Shown: positions 8,619 to 16,686 of the stretch, piece by piece | Numbering within the stretch: the stretch's first letter is position 1 | Layout of the letters: each line of letters starts with the position of its first letter | Source of the DNA: Hyalangium minutum | GTDB taxonomy: Bacteria > Myxococcota > Myxococcia > Myxococcales > Myxococcaceae | Assembly: GCF_000737315.1 (NCBI RefSeq) | Contig: NZ_JMCB01000003.1 | Span: forward strand, 1,116,001 to 1,180,000 | Direction of reading: 5' to 3' | Length of the DNA stretch: 64,000 nucleotides | Translations under genes and position numbers: made by a program | The notes under the pieces: generated by a model | The model's database searches: none | The model's input: only the letters and a program-made list of their open reading frames with translations | Told to the model about the DNA's origin: nothing

Positions 8619-11108
8619 CTACTGGGTGGAGAGCACCTCGATGGCCCGGGCGACGAGCGTGTCGTGGTCGAAGGCCAGCGAGGGCCGCCGCTCGACGGAC
8701 ACGAAGAGCGCGGCCGCGGCATCCGAACCTCCGAGGACGAGACTTCCGGCGGTGTCATCCGGTGCCACCCCAGCGATGCGTGTGGCGAAGACGTGGCTGC
8801 GCACCCACCGCTCCTCGGTGTCGCGAGGGTCACGGCCCCCGCCCGCCACGACGCAGACAGGCACGAGCACAGATGCGGGCACCCTCACACCGGTCTCTTC
8901 GAGGAGCTCTCGGACGGCGGCGTCTCGGGGTGACTCACCGGGGCGGACGAAACCTCCGGGCAGGGACATGCGTCCCGCGGCGGCACCGCTGTCGTCATGG
9001 CGCCGGATGAGGAGCAGCTCGTCATCGCCCTGGGCACCGCGCCGGACCACGACGATATCTGCGGCGTCGTTGGGCCCTGGATGGCGGAGCTGGCCCCAGG
9101 GGCGCTGGTCATCGAGTGCCTCCAGAACCTCCGCGGCCCTATCGACGAAGCGGACGTGCTTGCTGGCTCGCGCGGCGTCCACGGCGGCGCCTCGCAGCCC
9201 GGACAGGTACACATGCCGGGCGCGGATGTTGTAGGCGGCCTGCTGCTCGTCCGCGACAATCAGTCCGCCTCCCAGAAAGAGCCCGAGACCCTGGGCGTCT
9301 CGCACCAGGCGCACCACGGGTGCGGCCTTCTCGTACAAGGATCGCGCGCAACGCCAGAACCGCTGGACACGCCCGTCGAGATCCTCCGCGAGCGTCTCTT
9401 CCACGATGGCGCCAAGCACCTCGACTCCCGCCTGCACGGCGAGACCGTGGCTCAGTCCTTCCATGCCGTGGCATGTCCCCCCGGTCAGGAGGATGCCCCC
9501 GCGCTTCGCGAGACCTCGGAGGACCTCGCCGAGGACAGTGGTGGCGTGCTGAATCTCTTCGGGAGACCATGCGGCGAACGCGTGACGCCAGGCTCCCGCG
9601 AGCCACAGTAATGGGCGGCCATTCACAGCAGGCGTCTCTTCAGTGACGGTGGCGCCGAGCTCGCACAATCGCTGGTCCTGGGCCGCTCGCACTGCTCCTC
9701 GCTGCGCGGCGATCTCCGCGGCACGGGCAGGCGTGAAGTGCCGCCGTGGCTCGGGCGGAGGGGAGCTCCAGTTTCTCAGTGGAGGCAGAGCACGCTCCCG
9801 CTCCTGCTTCACCGCCAGCAGCGCTTCTTCCGTGAGGCGGATCCGGGCGAGCCGGTCTTCATCGAGACCGCAGGCGATCGCAGCGCGGACCTCGTCGGCG
9901 GCCGAGGTGCCATAGAGCCCTGCCCCGTCACTGCCGAGGACCACTGCCACCCCCGCATCCACATAGCGGCGAAGCGGGACCTGGAGCGTGGTCTGGATGT
10001 TGTTCAGCGCGAGGTTGGAGGTGAGGTTGAACTCCACCACCAACCGATCCGCGTTGTGGGCCATGGCCGCCAGGGTGTCGTCATCGACGCCGTACAGGCC
10101 GTGGCCAATGCGGAGCTCGACGCCTGGAAAGGGTAACAACGCGCGTACGGCCTCACGGACGTTCTCGGGAAACGCAGGGTTCTCTCCTGCATGCACGCGA
10201 ACGACGAAGCCAGGCCGCGCTCTCCCGAGCGCCGCGGCACGCTCCAGCACCGGGAGGAAGGCCCGCGTGGAGCAGGTCTCGTGGCCCATGACGTCCACGC
10301 CCACGACGGCCCGGCTCGGCAGGCACTGCTCGAGGCGATCGAGCACATCGAGATCCCACTCGAGATCGTCATGCCGCGACAAGGCCGCGAGGAAGCGGAG
10401 GCGGACACCGCTGGACGCCTCCAACTCGTCGAGCGAGGCATGGAGCGCGGAGAGCACCTCGGGCTCCACCGCCGAGGAGAGCGAAAGCTCGGCATAAGCG
10501 ACGCCCGCAGCGGCAAGTTCCCGGCAGATGGCGTGCAGCTGCGGGACGAAGAGCCTGGGATGCTTGGTGAACGGACTTCGGCGCGCGTAGAGGCGCTCCA
10601 TGTCCCGGAACGTGATCTGCCGGTCGAGGGGAACATCGAGGCTGCGAGCGAGCCGCTCGCGCGCCGATCCATCGAGCAACGCCGCGGGGACATCCTGCCG
10701 GGCATCGATGCCAGCCTCCACCAGCACACTCCGAGGCACGTTGACGCCCTCCTCGGCCGCGGCCAGCTCGACCAGGACTCGTCCAGGAAGAGCGCCAGCG
10801 AAGTGCGTGTGGAGATCCGTGCGGGGAGAGAACAGTGGCGCGCCCGTGGGGAGCGTCATCGGCACATTGTTGTCGGCCAGGAAGCGCGCCTCGAAAGCCG
10901 TGAGCGCCTCCACATCCCCGGGAGAGCTGAACCGGGCGCGAACCTGGCCGCCGAAGACGAGCGTGTCACCGCCCTCCCCCACCACGAGGTGACGCTCCAG
11001 CGCGGCGCGGAGGCGGCTGCGATCGTCATCGGCCTCGACGCGAAGACGGCCCTCCTCCCACCGAACACGGTGGCCAGGAACCAGCGTCACGCCAGGGGAC
11101 ATCGCCAT
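8619..11108 (-). CDS. Multidomain fusion: adenosine-deaminase-like amidohydrolase + SLOG (LOG-like) + Nudix hydrolase
   Basis: DLHTHFAG, VGVDVMGHE, VHAGE, RIGHG, LTSN and GSDG metal/catalytic motifs. SLOG-like ILLTGG..GMEG..VLGAI and LFLGGGLIVADE. Perfect Nudix box GFVRPGESPRDAAVRELLEETGV plus RDPR and LAFDH. Confidence 0.85.
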   Translation of the reverse strand: MAMSPGVTLVPGHRVRWEEGRLRVEADDDRSRLRAALERHLVVGEGGDTLVFGGQVRARFSSPGDVEALTAFEARFLADNNVPMTLPTGAPLFSPRTDLHTHFAGALPGRVLVELAAAEEGVNVPRSVLVEAGIDARQDVPAALLDGSARERLARSLDVPLDRQITFRDMERLYARRSPFTKHPRLFVPQLHAICRELAAAGVAYAELSLSSAVEPEVLSALHASLDELEASSGVRLRFLAALSRHDDLEWDLDVLDRLEQCLPSRAVVGVDVMGHETCSTRAFLPVLERAAALGRARPGFVVRVHAGENPAFPENVREAVRALLPFPGVELRIGHGLYGVDDDTLAAMAHNADRLVVEFNLTSNLALNNIQTTLQVPLRRYVDAGVAVVLGSDGAGLYGTSAADEVRAAIACGLDEDRLARIRLTEEALLAVKQERERALPPLRNWSSPPPEPRRHFTPARAAEIAAQRGAVRAAQDQRLCELGATVTEETPAVNGRPLLWLAGAWRHAFAAWSPEEIQHATTVLGEVLRGLAKRGGILLTGGTCHGMEGLSHGLAVQAGVEVLGAIVEETLAEDLDGRVQRFWRCARSLYEKAAPVVRLVRDAQGLGLFLGGGLIVADEQQAAYNIRARHVYLSGLRGAAVDAARASKHVRFVDRAAEVLEALDDQRPWGQLRHPGPNDAADIVVVRRGAQGDDELLLIRRHDDSGAAAGRMSLPGGFVRPGESPRDAAVRELLEETGVRVPASVLVPVCVVAGGGRDPRDTEERWVRSHVFATRIAGVAPDDTAGSLVLGGSDAAAALFVSVERRPSLAFDHDTLVARAIEVLSTQ

Positions 11109-11202
11109 GTCCTGGAGACTACCTCGTCAGAGTTCGCCGTCCCGTATAGGAAGGACGGGAGCCCTGTTGGGGGAGTGGGCGACAGCAGAGCCTCTCAGCG
11201 CT

Positions 11203-12381
11203 TCATGGCGTGTACAGCTCCGCGCTCGAGAGGTAGTAGGTGACGAAGTTGAAGCCGCCCGCGGCGAGCACCTTCCCATTGGACAGCGCCGCCGTCCCGT
11301 GGGAGTGGCGGGCCGAGCCCATCGCCACGGTGGTGGTGAAGGTGTTGGCCGTGGGGTCATACAACTCCGCGCTGGCGAGCGGTCCGCTGGCGGGGGTGTA
11401 ACCTCCGGAGAGCAGCACCTTGCCGTTGGAGAGCAGTGTCGCCCCGTGGCGATAGCGCGCGGCGGTCATGCTCACCGTGGTGGACCAGGTGTTCGTGATG
11501 GGGTTGAACACCTGCGCGCCGTTCAGATAGCCGCTGCTGCTGCTGCCCCCGGTGACCAGCACCCTGCCGTTGGCGAGCAACGTCGCCGTGTGGCCAAAGC
11601 GAGCGGCGGCCATGGTGGTCGTCGTGCCCCAGCTGTTCGTGCCAGGGTGGTACACCACGGCGCTGGCAAGATAGCCGCTGAACGAGGCGCCACCTGTGAG
11701 GAGCACCCGTCCACTGGAGATCGGAGTCGCCGTGTGACCGTAGCGGGCCTCGGGCAGGGGGTTCGCGGCCGCGAAGGTACCGGTGGCGGGGTCATACAGC
11801 TCCGCGCCAATGCGCGGGCCGCCGCCGTAATCGGCATAACCGCCCGCGATGAGCACCTTGCCAGTGGTGAGTAGGGTCGCCGTGTGGGCATAACGCGTGG
11901 TCGCCATGGAGCCAGTGGCGGACCAGGTGCCCGTGGCGGGGTCATACAGCTCCGCGCTGGAGAGATCGCTGCTGGTCGCGTTGGAGTAGCCGCCCGCGAC
12001 GAGCACCTTTCCATTGGAGAGCAGCGTCGCCGTGGCGTCGCCACGATCCGAGAGCATGGAGCCGGTAACAGACCAGGTGCCCGCGACGGGATCGTACAGC
12101 TCGGCGATGGCGGTGGTGCCACTGCTGTTCGAGCCCCCCGCGACGAGCACCTTCCCGGTGTTCAACACGACGATGATGGGCCCGTGGTGAGCGGAAGCCA
12201 TGGAGCCTGCGGAGGCCCAGCCCGCGAGCAGCGGCACCACCGGAGCGGAGGGCTGCGCGCTGAGCGCTTCGCCCTCGGCGAGGACGAGCGATGAGGGGTC
12301 GTCCAGGGCCTCCGGTTGGCAGCCGGCGGAGACCAGAGCGAGTGAGAGCAGGAGTGCGGAAAGGTGTTTCTTCGAGTTCAA
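11203..12381 (-). CDS. Kelch-repeat (seven-bladed beta-propeller) lipoprotein
   Basis: TTG start with GAGGAG RBS and lipobox LVSAGC. Seven repeats of W/F-x4-M/L-x3-R/H-x2-HTAT-LLxNGKVLVAGG. Confidence 0.9.
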   Translation of the reverse strand: MNSKKHLSALLLSLALVSAGCQPEALDDPSSLVLAEGEALSAQPSAPVVPLLAGWASAGSMASAHHGPIIVVLNTGKVLVAGGSNSSGTTAIAELYDPVAGTWSVTGSMLSDRGDATATLLSNGKVLVAGGYSNATSSDLSSAELYDPATGTWSATGSMATTRYAHTATLLTTGKVLIAGGYADYGGGPRIGAELYDPATGTFAAANPLPEARYGHTATPISSGRVLLTGGASFSGYLASAVVYHPGTNSWGTTTTMAAARFGHTATLLANGRVLVTGGSSSSGYLNGAQVFNPITNTWSTTVSMTAARYRHGATLLSNGKVLLSGGYTPASGPLASAELYDPTANTFTTTVAMGSARHSHGTAALSNGKVLAAGGFNFVTYYLSSAELYTP

Positions 12382-12539
12382 AGACTCCTCCAGGGGTGGG
12401 TGTCGGACAGACACGGCGAAGCTTCTGAACAAGCTTCGCCGCGGTGACAGGCGCCGCCGCTGGATGTCGCAAAAAAAAATGATGGGACGGGTGCTGGGTC
12501 GAGAAGCAGGGCCCATGAGCCGCAGGCCGGGCCTGCTCC

Positions 12540-13064
12540 TCAGATGGCGTCGAGATCGATGTCGCAGCCAATCTGCTCGGCCAGTGCCGCCAACTCCTCA
12601 CGCATCTTGCGGGCGCTCGTGCCCTGAGGAAGGGTGACGACCCCCTCGAGCACGAAGAGCGGCGTCCCCGCGAAGGGCGCCGACTCAATCCGCGTCTCCA
12701 GCTCCTCGACATTGACGGAGTGCTGACGGAGGAGCGCGGTCACGCGGGCGACGATGCCGGGCTGATCGTTGCTGTAGACCTTGAGCCGGTAAGGGATGCT
12801 GCCGGGGGCGCGGGAGCCAGCGGCGGACGCCTCATACATCTCGAGGTGCAGCCCCAGCCCGGTGCCTTCGTTCTCGAGCTTGCGCCGGAGCGAGTCGAGC
12901 GCTTCGGCGGGGCCCACGATGAGGGCCAGCAGGGCGAAGTGGCCGCGCAGATTGACCATGCGGCTGTCGGCGAGGCTGGCGCCGACGTCATAAACGTGAC
13001 GGGTGAGCTCGGCGACGAGCCCAGGGCGATCGGGACCGACGGCGGTGACGATGAGCTGTGGCAT
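12540..13064 (-). CDS. Tandem ACT-domain protein (GcvR-like)
   Basis: LIVTAVGPDRPGLV and LKVYSNDQPGIV ACT motifs, with SAPFAGTPLF in the second domain. Confidence 0.9.
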   Translation of the reverse strand: MPQLIVTAVGPDRPGLVAELTRHVYDVGASLADSRMVNLRGHFALLALIVGPAEALDSLRRKLENEGTGLGLHLEMYEASAAGSRAPGSIPYRLKVYSNDQPGIVARVTALLRQHSVNVEELETRIESAPFAGTPLFVLEGVVTLPQGTSARKMREELAALAEQIGCDIDLDAI

Positions 13065-13169
13065 CGCCGGGACCATAACAACTTTCCGGGGAGGCCAGAG
13101 GCCGTCTAGTGGTGAGGTGACTTTGTCGCTGGCGCCGCAGGCGAACCACCACCGTGGCACGATAGGTCC

Positions 13170-13952
13170 ATGCGTCGTTCATTGAACAACGGCCTCGGCC
13201 TCTTGGTGCTCACCCTCTCTCTCGGGGGAGTTGCAGCAGCCGAGTCCCCGCCGCCCGCGCTGGCGTGCCTGTCCCAGTGGTACCCGGTGGAGCCAGTGAA
13301 GGTGGACGGCGCGTGGCACGCCAAGCTGGGAGCGACAACGTACCCGTGGGACGACGGCAAGCCGAAGACCTTCGAGCAGAAGCTGGAGTCGCCGGACCTG
13401 GAGGACACGTTCTCCCTTCCCTACAAACCCGGGCCCATCCAGCCGGTGACGCGAGAGAACGAGGACCCGGGGCGCATCCGGTTCGATCCCCTCTTCCACG
13501 CGGCCTACGGTAACGCGGAGTCAAAGGTGGACGTGGTGGACATCGACTTCCTGGGGCAGAAGCTGAAGGTGAACCGCAAGGCGGCGCCGGCCTTCGAGCG
13601 CGTGGCGAAGCGGCTCGCCGCGGCTGTGAAGCAGGAGCCCTCCCTGCGGCCGTACCTGCAGAACCTGGGCGGTACCTTCGTGTGGCGGAAGATCGCCAAC
13701 ACGAACCGGCAGAGCGCGCACTCCTATGGCGTGTCCATCGACGTGAACGTGAAGCGCTCGCACTACTGGGAGTGGGCGAAGCCGAAGGAGCCGGTGCGCT
13801 GGGCAAACCAGATCCCCCAGGTCATCGTGGACGCCTTCGAGGCAGAGGGCTTCATCTGGGGCGGGCGCTGGTACCACTACGACACGATGCACTTCGAGTA
13901 CCGGCCCGAGCTGCTGGACCCGGCCTGTGCCCCCTCCCCTCGCGGACCTTGA
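13170..13952 (+). CDS. Secreted M15-family (D-Ala-D-Ala-type) metallopeptidase
   Basis: Signal peptide, SAHSYGVSIDVN (SxHxxGxxxD) and DTMHFEY. Confidence 0.88.
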   Translation: MRRSLNNGLGLLVLTLSLGGVAAAESPPPALACLSQWYPVEPVKVDGAWHAKLGATTYPWDDGKPKTFEQKLESPDLEDTFSLPYKPGPIQPVTRENEDPGRIRFDPLFHAAYGNAESKVDVVDIDFLGQKLKVNRKAAPAFERVAKRLAAAVKQEPSLRPYLQNLGGTFVWRKIANTNRQSAHSYGVSIDVNVKRSHYWEWAKPKEPVRWANQIPQVIVDAFEAEGFIWGGRWYHYDTMHFEYRPELLDPACAPSPRGP

Positions 13953-13979
13953 GCCCGACCTTCTCGAGCAGTGCGCTGA

Positions 13980-14945
13980 TCAGCCCTTGCGCTCTCGGTC
14001 GAGCCAGGCAATCAGCCCCTGCGTGTTGAGCTCGAGATCCGTGCCGAGCACCTCGTCGATCCTGGCTTCGGTCAGCGTGCAGCCGTGACGGCGCAGCAGC
14101 TCGAGCCACAGCGCTCGCATGTCCGCGGAGATGGCATTGAAGCGGTTCGCCTCGGCGCGGTGACTGCGCGCGATCTTCACGAACTCGTGGATCTGCAGCT
14201 TCAGCAGCTCCGCGAGCCGGGGCACGTCGGTGACGCGGCTGTAGTGCGTGAGGTACAGCGCCTGCGGCGCGTAGCCGAGCAGCCGATCCACCGAGGCGAT
14301 GAGTTGCTCGGGATCGAATTGCGTCGGAGTCGTCGTGGGAACGATGAACGCGCCCTGCTCGGTGTCGAGCTCGCGATAGGACAGCCCGAAAGTGTCGCCC
14401 GTGAAGAGGCTCCGGTGCTCCAAGTCGACGATGACCTGATGATGGAGCGCATGCCCTGGCGTGTGCACGAACTCGAGTGGACGGCCGGCCAGGCTGAGGC
14501 GCTGTCCGTCCTGAGTCGTCACGACACGCTCGGAGGGAATTGGCACGAGCTCGCCATAGAGCTCGCGGTATCGGGCTTCGCCATAGACCGCCATCGATCC
14601 GGCAATGAGCTTCGACGGGTCGATCATGTGCGGGGCGCCGCGCGGGTGGAGGACGGCGCGCGCCTGAGGCAGAGCCTGCATGAGCCGCCCGGCGCCTCCG
14701 GCATGATCGAGATGCACATGGGTCAGAATCACATAGTCGACCGCATCGCGCGCCAGCCCCAGCTCATCGAGCGCGGCGAGGAGCAGCGGCACCGAGTGCG
14801 TCGTGCCGGTGTCGACGAACGCGGCACGCCCTTCGTGCTCGATGATGTGAGACGCCGCGAGGCCGGGGCGCACGTACTCCGTGTCGACGGCAGTGACGCC
14901 ATCGGGATGCCGTTGCAAGCGAGGTCGTTCCACCCCTAGCACCAT
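13980..14945 (-). CDS. Metallo-beta-lactamase-fold hydrolase
   Basis: THVHLDHAGG, TPGHALHH, FTGD and LTH motifs. Start uncertain (ATG 14945 or GTG 14933). Confidence 0.92.
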   Translation of the reverse strand: MVLGVERPRLQRHPDGVTAVDTEYVRPGLAASHIIEHEGRAAFVDTGTTHSVPLLLAALDELGLARDAVDYVILTHVHLDHAGGAGRLMQALPQARAVLHPRGAPHMIDPSKLIAGSMAVYGEARYRELYGELVPIPSERVVTTQDGQRLSLAGRPLEFVHTPGHALHHQVIVDLEHRSLFTGDTFGLSYRELDTEQGAFIVPTTTPTQFDPEQLIASVDRLLGYAPQALYLTHYSRVTDVPRLAELLKLQIHEFVKIARSHRAEANRFNAISADMRALWLELLRRHGCTLTEARIDEVLGTDLELNTQGLIAWLDRERKG

Positions 14946-15055
14946 AGCAAGCCCCAGGAGATGCTGGCACAATCCGTACGGATCGCGATGACGCACCGTC
15001 ACGGTTCCGCGTGCTCCCAGCCGTCACGCTGGAAGCAGTCGATCCGGGGGAGACC

Positions 15056-16684
15056 ATGGAAGGAACTCAGGTGTTCGTGAGCGACGAGCTCACGGCAGGA
15101 CTGACCACCCAGGCCTGCTGGGACGAGTCGCCACCGTGCCTGTTGGTCGAGAACCTCGGCTTTGAGTCCGGCTTCCGCGGCTCAGGCCTCCTACCGGGCG
15201 ACCGCATCGTAGCGGTGGATGGCGTGCCCATCACCCGCCCGCCCAATGGCGCCGCGCAGGCCCTGATGATCGGTCAGTACCAGGAGTACACGCACTGGCA
15301 GAAGGCCCAACGCAAAGAGAACGATCGCGTGCGCTTGACGGTTCGGCGCAAGCAGCCACCGCAGGGCTGGCAGTCGATCGAAGTCGAAGGCGCCCTGCGC
15401 GCTAAGCGCAGCTATCGCTCCGCCGAGAACCGCCCGCTGATCTGGGAGAACGGTCCGGATACCTACGCGCGCGACGGCTTCAACGATGCCTGGCCGACCT
15501 GGCTCGAGGCGCTGCAGAAGCGCGTCACCCTCACCTTCTGCCAGGCCCGCTTCCGCGTCGGCGTGACCACTGCCTACGAATACAAGTCGCTGCTCGAGGA
15601 GCGGCCACGCGTCGAGCGCATGCTCAGCCTCTATCCAGGCCCCTTCGCCGAAGCCGTGCGCAGCGATTATCAGGCGACGCTCGAACGTCTCCGGGGCCAG
15701 CGCTACGCCCTCGGCGAGGCGGAGCTCGCCTACCGCAAGGCCGACGAGGAGCGCGCAGCCGCCGTCTCCGAGATCGCGAAGCAGGCCTGGGCCGCCGCGG
15801 CCGACTCCGTGAAGGCTGAGACCCTCCCCGCGTTCCCGGCCCAGCATCCGATCCACGGTCAGCGCGAAGCCGTCGCGGGCAAGTGCGTTGTGCTCGAGCG
15901 CCTGCCGACGCGGCAGTGGATCTCCGAGGCCGGGCACGGCTGGTTCACCGCGGGCGATTCCAGCCAGGGCCGCTACTTCCTCGACATGGAGAGCCTCGGC
16001 GCGATCCGCATGCTGCGCGCACTCCGCCGCTACACCAAGCTGGTGTCCCCCACGATTCGTGAGGAGTACACGCTGCTCGGCCGTGTACTGCCCGAACCGC
16101 GCGTGGTCATGGTCGATGGCCGCAGCACCTGGGGCTTGCAGATCGAGCTGCTCGCCGCGCTGATCGGTCACGCGTTGTTCGTCGATGTGCGCCAGGGCGA
16201 GGGCGAGATCTCCCCCTTCGCCGGGGAGGAGGGACTGCTCAAGCCACGCACTGAGCTGCCTCCGGCCGATGCTCCTCCTCAGGCCGTGCTCACCTGCATG
16301 ATTGACTGCATCAAGGCGGGCGACCTGGCGGTGTGGCGCCAGCTGTTCGTCGACTGGCTGGTGCGAACCAACCCCGATGGCACGCCTCAGGTCTGCTACC
16401 GCATGCAGCACCCCACCGACGAAGACTTCGAGCGCTCACGCGCCAACTTCGCCAGACGCGTCTGGGACGCCCGCGCCGCCTGGGTCGGAGAGCCGCGGGC
16501 CGTCACCCGGGGTGACGAGTTCCCCGGAGCCTCGCGCGTCGAGGAGGTCGACGCGGAGATCGAGCACATTGGCCAGTTCGACGGAGAGTACCGCGGCTTT
16601 CTCGACGTCAACGTACGCCGCTGGTGGGTGTTGCAGCGCATCGACAACGGACCGTGGCGCATCGCCACACTGCAGGGGATCTGA
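15056..16684 (+). CDS. Hypothetical protein: N-terminal PDZ-like domain and C-terminal NTF2-like segment
   Basis: GGGGGAG RBS before ATG 15056. LLVENLGFES..SGLLPGDRIVAVDG is PDZ-like. The C-terminus PQAVL..IKAGDLAVWRQLF..WVLQRIDNGPWRI resembles an NTF2/SnoaL fold. No signal peptide. Confidence 0.6.
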   Translation: MEGTQVFVSDELTAGLTTQACWDESPPCLLVENLGFESGFRGSGLLPGDRIVAVDGVPITRPPNGAAQALMIGQYQEYTHWQKAQRKENDRVRLTVRRKQPPQGWQSIEVEGALRAKRSYRSAENRPLIWENGPDTYARDGFNDAWPTWLEALQKRVTLTFCQARFRVGVTTAYEYKSLLEERPRVERMLSLYPGPFAEAVRSDYQATLERLRGQRYALGEAELAYRKADEERAAAVSEIAKQAWAAAADSVKAETLPAFPAQHPIHGQREAVAGKCVVLERLPTRQWISEAGHGWFTAGDSSQGRYFLDMESLGAIRMLRALRRYTKLVSPTIREEYTLLGRVLPEPRVVMVDGRSTWGLQIELLAALIGHALFVDVRQGEGEISPFAGEEGLLKPRTELPPADAPPQAVLTCMIDCIKAGDLAVWRQLFVDWLVRTNPDGTPQVCYRMQHPTDEDFERSRANFARRVWDARAAWVGEPRAVTRGDEFPGASRVEEVDAEIEHIGQFDGEYRGFLDVNVRRWWVLQRIDNGPWRIATLQGI

Positions 16685-16686
16685 CC

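Noticed and set aside
11203-12100. Periodic DNA similarity in the Kelch gene and GC-rich repeats at 32880-33110
   Set aside because: Fully explained by protein-level Kelch repeats and a Pro/Ala linker.
12471-12479. A9 homopolymer upstream of the Kelch gene as a phase-variation switch
   Set aside because: It lies in non-coding DNA and on the minus strand reads T9 downstream of the ACT gene, so a terminator tail is as likely. There is no evidence of variation.
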